The translations under genes and the position numbers were made by a program. Source: an archaeon (lineage in GTDB: Archaea; Iainarchaeota; Iainarchaeia; Iainarchaeales; CSSED10-239). Taken from it: 13,230 nt of DNA. Under the pieces are notes generated by a model. That model searched no databases. It saw only the letters and a list, made by a program, of their open reading frames with translations, and was not told the DNA's origin. The stretch lies in contig JBAWVI010000017.1 of assembly GCA_037147375.1 (NCBI GenBank), positions 1-13,230 of the forward strand, written 5' to 3'. This document shows, piece after piece, positions 6,379 to 13,047 of the stretch. Each line of letters opens with the position of its first letter. Positions within the stretch are counted from its first letter, which is position 1.

Positions 6379-7677
6379 TTATTTTAGAATATCTTTCACT
6401 TTATCTATATCTACAAGAACTTCTTCTCCGGACTTCATGTTCTTGATCTTTATCTTATTTTGCTTAACTTCATCTTCACCTAAGAGACCAACAAATGGAA
6501 TTTCTGACTTATTTGCGAAATCCATGTTCTTTCCAATTGCTCTTCCTAAGAGATCTACCATAGTTTTTATTCCTTGGCTTCTTAGTGTTTGTGTTATCTC
6601 TATTGCTTGCTTCTCTGTTTTAATTGGAATAATATAAAGATCAGCTGTTGTTTCCTTAACCATTCCATCTCTTGCTTTAATTATCTCCATAATTGGCTCA
6701 AGTCCAAATGCAACTCCAACTGCAGGATAAACCCTATTCTCATCTTTTAGATATTTACCTATCATCTTATCCCATCTTCCACCACCAGCAATTGAAACTG
6801 GAAGAATAGATTCTTCTTTTAAGAAAACTTCAAAGATTGGGCCTGTATAATATCCAAGACCTCTTGCAAGGGAAGGAAGGAAAACATATTCTGTATTAAA
6901 TTTATTTAGATAATTAAAAAGTTCAGTTAATTCTTTTATTCCATCTGTTTCTCCTATAACTTTTTTAATATTATTTAGCTTTTCTTGATTGTTTCCTTTA
7001 ACTAAAAGAATATCAAGAATCTTATTTATCTTATCCTCTGATATTTCTTTTTCAAGAAGTTCTTTAGTTACTCCAACTCTACCAACCTTCTTTAGCTTAT
7101 CAATTGTAATAATTGTTGTTGTTTGATAATCTTCTGGAATTTCTACAAAACTTAGAATATCTGAAAGAAGTTTTCTTGAAGAAACTTCTATGTTTACATC
7201 AAGCTTAAGTTCTTTAAACACATCTGAGACAAGAGCTAGTATTTCTGCATCTGCAATCATTCCGCTTGCACCAACAGTGTCCACATCACACTGGTAGAAC
7301 TCTCTATATCTCCCTGCTTTTATAGGTCCATCACGAAAAACAGGGCCTATCTGATATCTTTTAAATGGTAATCTAGTTTGAGGGTTCATTCCTATGTATC
7401 TTGCTAGAGCAAATGTAAACTCATATCTTAACCCCAAATCTCTATCTCCTTGGTCTTTAAATCTATATATTTCAGAGATAGCATCGCTAGCTTCTCCAGC
7501 TCCAAACTTAGCTTCCAAGATATCTAATCTTTCAACAGTTGGAGTCTCAAGAGGAGAGAAAGCATATATTTCAAAAACATTCTTTATCTTTGCAATAACA
7601 TAATCTCTAAGTATTTTTTCAGCAGGAGAGAAATCTCTAAATCCTTTAGCTAAATCAAGTTCAAAATCTTTTTCCAT
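6379..7677 (-). CDS. hisS: Histidyl-tRNA synthetase.
   Basis: 432 aa. Class II motif 2 region FRDGPIKAGRYREFYQCDVD, the HisRS-specific LARGLGYYTGPIFE, and a C-terminal anticodon-binding domain (DLYIIPI...GIKTMVDL...IPFVGLLGEDE). Confidence 0.93.
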   Translation of the reverse strand: MEKDFELDLAKGFRDFSPAEKILRDYVIAKIKNVFEIYAFSPLETPTVERLDILEAKFGAGEASDAISEIYRFKDQGDRDLGLRYEFTFALARYIGMNPQTRLPFKRYQIGPVFRDGPIKAGRYREFYQCDVDTVGASGMIADAEILALVSDVFKELKLDVNIEVSSRKLLSDILSFVEIPEDYQTTTIITIDKLKKVGRVGVTKELLEKEISEDKINKILDILLVKGNNQEKLNNIKKVIGETDGIKELTELFNYLNKFNTEYVFLPSLARGLGYYTGPIFEVFLKEESILPVSIAGGGRWDKMIGKYLKDENRVYPAVGVAFGLEPIMEIIKARDGMVKETTADLYIIPIKTEKQAIEITQTLRSQGIKTMVDLLGRAIGKNMDFANKSEIPFVGLLGEDEVKQNKIKIKNMKSGEEVLVDIDKVKDILK

Positions 7678-7743
7678 AATTTAATTCATCTCTTTTATCT
7701 TATTTATTTAGGTTATAAAAACAATTAAAAACCATTGTTTTAA

Positions 7744-7817
7744 GGGTCCGAACCGGGATTCGAACCCGGGTCCTAAGATCCACAGTCTTAGATGCTAACC
7801 ACTACACAACTCGGACC
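7744..7817 (-). tRNA. tRNA-His (anticodon GUG) with genome-encoded G-1.
   Basis: The minus strand folds by hand into a cloverleaf. G-1, then acceptor GTCCGAG/TTCGGAC, D stem GTGT/GCAT with a GG loop, anticodon stem TAAGA/TCTTA with loop CTGTGGA (GTG), T arm CCGGG-TTCGAAT-CCCGG, and C73 opposite G-1. No encoded CCA. Confidence 0.9.
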
Positions 7818-7832
7818 ATTAGTATTAACTAT

Positions 7833-7952
7833 TTAATTTGTTATTACCACCTTATCATTATCTACTCTGATAGATACGTTATCAAAGAAACCTAACGATT
7901 TTCTAACAGAAGATGGTATTGTTATTCTATTCTTGGAATCAACAACGATGGG
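7833..7952 (-). pseudogene. Second AbrB/SpoVT-like domain in the +1 frame relative to 7939-8094, with no start codon of its own. Indicates a frame-disrupted or recoded double-AbrB gene.
   Basis: The frame opens after TAG (7953-7955) and reads PIVVDSKNRITIPSSVRKSLGFFDNVSIRVDNDKVVITN, then stop. The VDSKNRITIP segment repeats the AbrB signature. There is no ATG, GTG or TTG before the motif and no Shine-Dalgarno sequence. It overlaps the end of the upstream ORF by 14 nt. Confidence 0.5.
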
Positions 7953-8094
7953 CTAATCTATAATTAGTTGATATAATTAACTTAGAATTAATTAAATCAA
8001 AATCGTAACTTAAACTAGAGTTATCTTTAAACAAGTTAATTATTTGTTTTGATAATCTAATTCTTCCTTTATCATCAATCTTTGTTTGTTCCAT
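7939..8094 (-). CDS. AbrB/SpoVT-type (swapped-hairpin) DNA-binding domain protein, 51 aa as it stands. It appears to be the first half of a two-domain gene.
   Basis: MEQTKIDDKGRIRLSKQIINLFKDNSSLSYDFDLINSKLIISTNYRLAHRC. The xDxKGRIxLxKxI signature is typical of AbrB/MazE/SpoVT domains. AAAGGAGTG lies 12 nt upstream of the ATG. Too short for the supplied ORF track. Confidence 0.6.
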   Translation of the reverse strand: MEQTKIDDKGRIRLSKQIINLFKDNSSLSYDFDLINSKLIISTNYRLAHRC

Positions 8095-8173
8095 AAATTA
8101 AATTCACTCCTTTTTATTGGAATTATAAATAATTTATGAAACAAAGGTTTTAAAAGAATTGGTGGGAAATAAA

Positions 8174-9397
8174 TTAACCAAAGAATATTGGTCTTTGGCT
8201 AATTAACTTTGATACTGGTAGTGAACGATATGGCATACCATTACAAATTTTTTTTATTTCCTTTTCTAATTCTTCTTTTCCCATTTCTTTTTTAATTCCG
8301 TTTTCTCTTACGTTTACCATATATTTTCCAGAAGATATTTCTTTATCTCCAATCACAATAACATACGGCACCCACTCCTTGCTTGCTTTAACAATTTTCT
8401 TTCCAAGACTATCCTCACTATCATCCAAATCATATCTAATCCCTTCTAAATGAATAGATTTGCAATAATCAACTTGAGCTTGAGACACAGGTATGATTCT
8501 AACTTGAGAAGGGCATAACCAAAGTGGTAACACTGGTTTTTCTTTTTTTAAGGATTCTTCAAATATTGAATACATCCATCTTTCAATACTTCCAATACTT
8601 GAATGGCAGATAATACATCCTTTCTTGCTACCATCATTATCCACATAGTTAATTCCATATATTCCTGCATCTTTAATATCCAATTGAACAGATGATAGTT
8701 GCAAGTTACCTCCAACACTATCTATTCCTTGGAATTCATGCTTAACAACCCAATAGTGCTTCATATCAGATAATAGTTCTATGAAAGCTGGCTTATTAGA
8801 ATATTTAACTAATTCTAATATCTTGTTTTTATGCTCGTTATAAAAGCTTTCAACAACTCTAAAGACAATAGCATATTTTACTCCTACTTCATTAGCAAGA
8901 TCTGAATAATTTCTATAAAGATTTTGATATTCGTCCCATCCTTCTTCTACATCCTTACAAAAACTATGAATGTCTGGCATATGAAATGATCTTAGTCTCT
9001 TAAGTCCAGATAGTTCACCATGCTTTTCATACCTAAAGCTTTTTGAAAACTCATAAACTCTTATTGGAAGCATTTTATAACTAAAGTTTGCATCTTGCAT
9101 AATCTTAAATAAACCAAAATCTCCTGCAAATCTTAAGATATATTTTTCATTATCATTATCAGGCACCTTTACAATATAATGTCTCTCATGAAATGATCCA
9201 GCTTGCTCTTGAATTTCTTTATCATTCCAGTTATATATTATTGGAGAATCAATTTGTAAAGATTTCAATCTATTTACTGCAATCTCATATGCCCAATCTT
9301 TTAATAAATCAAAAATCAACTTTCCTTTTGGATACATTCTAAAATGCCCAGAATCACTTGAAGATTCATAATCAACTAATTCATGTTGTTGCATCAT
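8174..9397 (-). CDS. thrS: Threonyl-tRNA synthetase, archaeal type: catalytic core plus anticodon-binding domain (the main body of a disrupted gene).
   Basis: 407 aa. HELVDYESSSDSGHFRMYPKG, FRYEKHGELSGLKRLRSFHMPDIH (class II motif 2 region), CHSSIGSIERWMYS (motif 3 region), and C-terminal PLWLCPSQVRIIPVS...VPYVIVIGDKE (anticodon-binding domain). This frame is open upstream to 9433 and there reads RDNLEKHPPSIKMM, with no earlier start codon and no Shine-Dalgarno sequence. Confidence 0.9.
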   Translation of the reverse strand: MMQQHELVDYESSSDSGHFRMYPKGKLIFDLLKDWAYEIAVNRLKSLQIDSPIIYNWNDKEIQEQAGSFHERHYIVKVPDNDNEKYILRFAGDFGLFKIMQDANFSYKMLPIRVYEFSKSFRYEKHGELSGLKRLRSFHMPDIHSFCKDVEEGWDEYQNLYRNYSDLANEVGVKYAIVFRVVESFYNEHKNKILELVKYSNKPAFIELLSDMKHYWVVKHEFQGIDSVGGNLQLSSVQLDIKDAGIYGINYVDNDGSKKGCIICHSSIGSIERWMYSIFEESLKKEKPVLPLWLCPSQVRIIPVSQAQVDYCKSIHLEGIRYDLDDSEDSLGKKIVKASKEWVPYVIVIGDKEISSGKYMVNVRENGIKKEMGKEELEKEIKKICNGMPYRSLPVSKLISQRPIFFG

Positions 9398-9398
9398 T

Positions 9399-9599
9399 TT
9401 AATTGAAGGTGGGTGCTTCTCTAGGTTGTCCCTTTATTTCCTCTGATAAAATATATGCTTTAAGTTCAGGATTATTAATCTTTGCTAGATCTTCTTTATT
9501 ATCTTTATTAAATTCCATCTCTGACCCATCAGGACTTAAAATAATTGATTTATGCATTACACTTTTATTTATTTCATCTCTATTTTTTATTGAATTCAT
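9399..9599 (-). CDS. thrS: N-terminal 66-codon segment of thrS, in a different frame from the body (a +1 shift is needed to join them).
   Basis: A strong Shine-Dalgarno sequence (AAGGAGAGATAAATT) lies directly before ATG 9599. The ORF ends at TAA, one nt before the ATGATG of the 407-aa ORF. Together they would give about 470 aa, the size of an editing-domain-less ThrRS. Confidence 0.65.
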   Translation of the reverse strand: MNSIKNRDEINKSVMHKSIILSPDGSEMEFNKDNKEDLAKINNPELKAYILSEEIKGQPREAPTFN

Positions 9600-9967
9600 A
9601 ATTTATCTCTCCTTAATTTTTATTTTCTTGTTTTTTTTGTTTATTTATATAAAATATATTGATATCTAATCTTTATAATATTAGATTAGGTAACTTACTT
9701 CTCATTTTAGGATTATTTACAAAAATAAAGATTACCAGTCTCTTAATGAAAATAATTATTTCTAATGGTAAGATAGGCCTTTAGAAATGAACTAGAGAAG
9801 TAATATTTAATTGGTTGTGGTGATACTTAAAGAAACAGATATGAGTTTATTTATTTTATTATTAATTTTAAATCTCATTTTATATCACCTTTAGTTTATA
9901 CTAATATTATGTAAAGATTAGTTTTTAAATATTATGAACTTGAACTGTCCAAGATATATAACAAACT

Positions 9968-10189
9968 CTATTTTAAATACTCTAAAAATTCTTCTTTTGT
10001 AAGCTTAGAAACTTTAATAATCTGTAAAACAGTTCCAATCTTTAAAACTTTGTGATTTGGAACAACAATTAAATCCCCTTCTTGATTTTTAAGAATAATA
10101 TGACTGCCTTTTTGTCTAATTATATGATAATCTAATTTATTTAATACAAAAAGTATATCCTTTACAGATATATTCTTTAATTCAGACAT
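9968..10189 (-). CDS. hicA: HicA-family toxin (mRNA interferase).
   Basis: 73 aa. RQKGSHIILKN...VVPNHKVLKIGTVLQIIK matches the HicA signature (GSH ... P.H ... GT...I.K). Its start overlaps the stop of the upstream hicB by 8 nt (AATGTCTGA). Confidence 0.85.
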   Translation of the reverse strand: MSELKNISVKDILFVLNKLDYHIIRQKGSHIILKNQEGDLIVVPNHKVLKIGTVLQIIKVSKLTKEEFLEYLK

Positions 10190-10415
10190 TAATAGGCACT
10201 TCTGTTTGTTCTAAATAAACTGAAGATAACAATTCTTTTAATTTTTCTTTATCAATTTCATTGATGTACAAATCTATAGCTTCTGTAATGTTTTGCATTG
10301 CTTCTTCTTTAGTATCGCCTTGTGATATACATCCTGGTAATTGAGGAACATAAACTGTATATCCACCTTCTATCTGTTTTTCAAAAATTACATCTATCTT
10401 CATAACATCACACAT
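10182..10415 (-). CDS. hicB: HicB-family antitoxin (UPF0150-like, N-terminal domain only).
   Basis: FEKQIEGGYTVYVPQLPGCISQGDTKEEAMQNITEAIDLYI is the typical HicB partial RNase H-like fold signature. The start is either ATG 10415 or ATG 10403 (MKIDVIF...). There is no appended RHH/HTH domain. Confidence 0.8.
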   Translation of the reverse strand: MCDVMKIDVIFEKQIEGGYTVYVPQLPGCISQGDTKEEAMQNITEAIDLYINEIDKEKLKELLSSVYLEQTEVPINV

Positions 10416-10454
10416 ATAATAGGTATAGATAGTTATTAAATTATATCCATTAAA

Positions 10455-11471
10455 CTATTTTTGTAAATTTTCAAGTATTTCTTTCATTCTTTCTATTGTT
10501 TTTATACTTTCTTTTCCTTGCTTGTATCTCTTTAGATACTTCTTGTATCTTGTTTTTACTTCTTTAATTCCTGCTTCTCTAATTACCTTATCATTTGTAA
10601 TTGCTTTCTTAACTATGTTTATTCCCATGTCCGTTGGAGACTTATAGTTTCGCATAGAATTATTCTTTGAAACAATCTTTGAAATAAGTTTACTTAAGAT
10701 TTTGTAATTTTCAATATCTCTATTATAATTAATTGCACTTATTCCATATGCACGTTTATGATATGGATCAACCATATTAATATCTTGAATATCAGCAGTT
10801 GCTGCTTCATAAGCAACATTAACTGGATGCTTAAGAGGAAGATTCCAAATTGGAAATGTTTCAAACTTAAAATATCCTGAATTAATATTATGTTTAGTAT
10901 CTAAGAATACTTGAGATAAGCACACACCCATTTTTCCTGCATTTGAAAAAGCTCCAGTAACAATTATTATTTTTCTTTCAAGCTTAATATATGGTTGCTT
11001 ATTGTATCCATCTTTACCAAGTATTTCTTTTAAATCTTCTGGATAGTTTTTTATTGGAGTACCTTCATAAACCTTAAAACCTTCTTTTTCTAAAAGTTTT
11101 TTGAAAGCTTTAATCTTATTTTGGTTTTCAACTCTTGTTATCATTACTCCAGCAATCTTAAACCCTCTTTTTCTTAACTCTTTAATTTCTTCTAAAAATA
11201 AGTTTTGCATTTCTTTATTACTATTATAATCCTTAATTGCAGAGAAAAGATATTTATAATATATACAATAAATTACTTCTGAATTATCTTTAATTTTTTC
11301 AAGAATCTTCATCTTATTATCTTTATGATATCCAGGAAGAACACGAGATGCATGATAGTCTTTTAGAATGTGCCCACCAACTTCTAGATAAACTCTATCA
11401 AACTTATTTGCACGTTCGTTAATTACATTAACTTCAAGCTCAATGTACTTTTTAGAATCAAATCCAATCAT
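10455..11471 (-). CDS. DUF1846 / UPF0371 family protein, short form.
   Basis: 338 aa. MIGFDSKKYIELE...YLEVGGHILKDYHASRVLPGY and GYFKFETFPIWNLPLKHPVNVAYEAATADIQDINMVDPYH...NYNRDIENY...YKSPTDMGIN match conserved blocks of UPF0371 proteins as I recall them. Confidence 0.7.
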   Translation of the reverse strand: MIGFDSKKYIELEVNVINERANKFDRVYLEVGGHILKDYHASRVLPGYHKDNKMKILEKIKDNSEVIYCIYYKYLFSAIKDYNSNKEMQNLFLEEIKELRKRGFKIAGVMITRVENQNKIKAFKKLLEKEGFKVYEGTPIKNYPEDLKEILGKDGYNKQPYIKLERKIIIVTGAFSNAGKMGVCLSQVFLDTKHNINSGYFKFETFPIWNLPLKHPVNVAYEAATADIQDINMVDPYHKRAYGISAINYNRDIENYKILSKLISKIVSKNNSMRNYKSPTDMGINIVKKAITNDKVIREAGIKEVKTRYKKYLKRYKQGKESIKTIERMKEILENLQK

Positions 11472-11568
11472 AATTTATCACTGCATAAGTTTATGATATA
11501 ACAATAAGTAGGTTAGATTTAAAAAGAAAATGGTTTACTAAAAACGTCCAAGAAATATAGCAGATATT

Positions 11569-11605
11569 TAAAAAAAGAAAATGTTCGGGAAAGAACATCT
11601 TTCCC
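11569..11605 (-). terminator. Hairpin plus T-tract downstream of the HU-like gene.
   Basis: The minus strand reads GGGAAAGA-TGT-TCTTTCCC (8-bp stem, 3-nt loop, 11587-11605), followed by GAACATTTTCTTTTTTTAAAT. It starts 33 nt after the HU stop. Confidence 0.55.
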
Positions 11606-11637
11606 TAAAAAGCATTTATTTGGTTATTCAAAAAAAC

Positions 11638-11910
11638 TTATAACATCTTTTTGAATTCTTTTCCAGACTTGAAAGCAACCTTCTTTCCTGCTGCTATCTT
11701 TAATGCCTTACCTGTTTGTGGGTTTCTTCCAACTCTTGCTTTTGTCTTTCTAACTATGAAAGTTCCAAAACCAATTAACTGAAGTTTTCCTTTAGTCTTA
11801 ACTATTGTCTTGATTGAATCAAGTGTTAAGTCAACTACTCTTTTAATTTCAGCCTTTGAGTACTTTGGTAATTTCTTACCCATTGTTGCTATTAAAAATT
11901 CTTTATTCAT
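11638..11910 (-). CDS. HU/IHF-family (bacterial histone-like) DNA-binding protein.
   Basis: 90 aa. LIGFGTFIVRKTKARVGRNPQTGKALKIAAGKKVAFKSGKEFK is the classic HU beta-arm signature (GFG.F....R.AR.GRNP.TGE.I.I.A......F..G). GGGGG Shine-Dalgarno-like sequence upstream. Confidence 0.9.
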   Translation of the reverse strand: MNKEFLIATMGKKLPKYSKAEIKRVVDLTLDSIKTIVKTKGKLQLIGFGTFIVRKTKARVGRNPQTGKALKIAAGKKVAFKSGKEFKKML

Positions 11911-12046
11911 TTTATTTTCCCCCTTATAGTTTTTTTATATGAATAAAATATATATATTAAAATATATATCTAATAGTTTTTAAATAGATATGTTGATTTC
12001 TTCAGGTAAAATCAAGGCTTAAGAGGATATTAGATAAAAATAAGTA

Positions 12047-12120
12047 TGGACCTATCGGGATTTGAACCCGAGTCGCAAGCTCCGCAAGCTTACATGCTAT
12101 CCAGGCTACACCATAGATCC
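12047..12120 (-). tRNA. tRNA-Arg (anticodon GCG).
   Basis: Hand-folded cloverleaf. Acceptor GGATCTA/TAGGTCC (one G-U pair), D stem GTGT/GCAT, anticodon stem TAAGC/GCTTG with loop TTGCGGA (GCG), T arm TCGGG-TTCAAAT-CCCGA, discriminator A. No encoded CCA. Confidence 0.88.
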
Positions 12121-12210
12121 AAGCTATAAATATTAAGAAACAAGATGTTTATAAAGATTATTAAATGCTTAAAACATAAAAGAAAAGCTTATTCTCTTGA
12201 AAGAATATAA

Positions 12211-12555
12211 TTATTTCCCACCAAGCTTTGCAGTTCCCCAAGTTAATACAGACATCATTCCAAATCCAAGGAATAAATATACCATCATTAAGCTTGATGT
12301 TACGTACAAATACTTCCATACTAAAAAATAGATAAGTACGAGTGTAATAATATAGGTGAGTACCCCACCACCAATTGCGTTTTCAACAGTTTCATATATG
12401 AAAAAACACACTATAAATGCAACAATATAACGTGCTAATGGAAATGCAGCCATAACAAGTGGAACAACGAGGACTGCACAGATAATAACTATTACAATTT
12501 TTAAAAGAAGAGATTGAATCTTAAATAATCCAAATATAAAACCCTTATCATCCAT
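12211..12555 (-). CDS. Small integral membrane protein (about 4 hydrophobic segments), unknown function.
   Basis: 114 aa, almost entirely hydrophobic helices. GAGG lies upstream of the ATG. Confidence 0.6.
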   Translation of the reverse strand: MDDKGFIFGLFKIQSLLLKIVIVIICAVLVVPLVMAAFPLARYIVAFIVCFFIYETVENAIGGGVLTYIITLVLIYFLVWKYLYVTSSLMMVYLFLGFGMMSVLTWGTAKLGGK

Positions 12556-12605
12556 TCTTTTTTCCTCAAAATATTTAATTTATTATTTCTTTACTTGTTA
12601 TTTAT

Positions 12606-12992
12606 TTAATGCCCTGGCATGAACGGCATACGTGGTCTATGTCCACCATGACTTTTATGAGCAAGATGTTGTTGATGTTCAATATGTTCACTTGCATGCA
12701 ATTCATCCTTCATTTGCATTGCTTCTTCTCCACCACCATGACCCATAGTAACAAAGAACATATCAACTAATACTGATGTGATACCAATAGTTAGTATAAC
12801 ATATACTAAATACGTAGCTCTAAAAAATGGCCACCATAAGAAAACCATACCAATAATAGCTATAGATATAAATAAAAGTGATAATGTATTATGAGTAATC
12901 TTTTGTCTAACAAAAGCTATAACAGTTAAGACAAAGAATATCTTAATTACAAAATCAAAATCTGTTAGAAAATTTAATATAAATATATCCAT
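12606..12992 (-). CDS. Small membrane protein with a His/Met-rich C-terminal tail, unknown function.
   Basis: 128 aa with three hydrophobic segments. The tail reads HGGGEEAMQMKDELHASEHIEHQQHLAHKSHGGHRPRMPFMPGH (11 His in 44 residues). No obvious Shine-Dalgarno sequence. An AT-rich TATA-like run lies about 20-30 nt upstream of the ATG. Confidence 0.6.
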   Translation of the reverse strand: MDIFILNFLTDFDFVIKIFFVLTVIAFVRQKITHNTLSLLFISIAIIGMVFLWWPFFRATYLVYVILTIGITSVLVDMFFVTMGHGGGEEAMQMKDELHASEHIEHQQHLAHKSHGGHRPRMPFMPGH

Positions 12993-13047
12993 AATTATCT
13001 GATATTATATTAAAACAAAAGATATAAAAAGAGTTGGGAAAGGGAAA

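Noticed and set aside
6437-6637. Plus-strand 66-aa ORF. The same applies to the 69-aa ORF at 7394-7603.
   Set aside because: Both are antisense shadows within hisS.
9403-9669. Plus-strand 88-aa ORF.
   Set aside because: It is antisense to the thrS N-terminal segment and promoter region, hydrophobic low-complexity sequence with no support.
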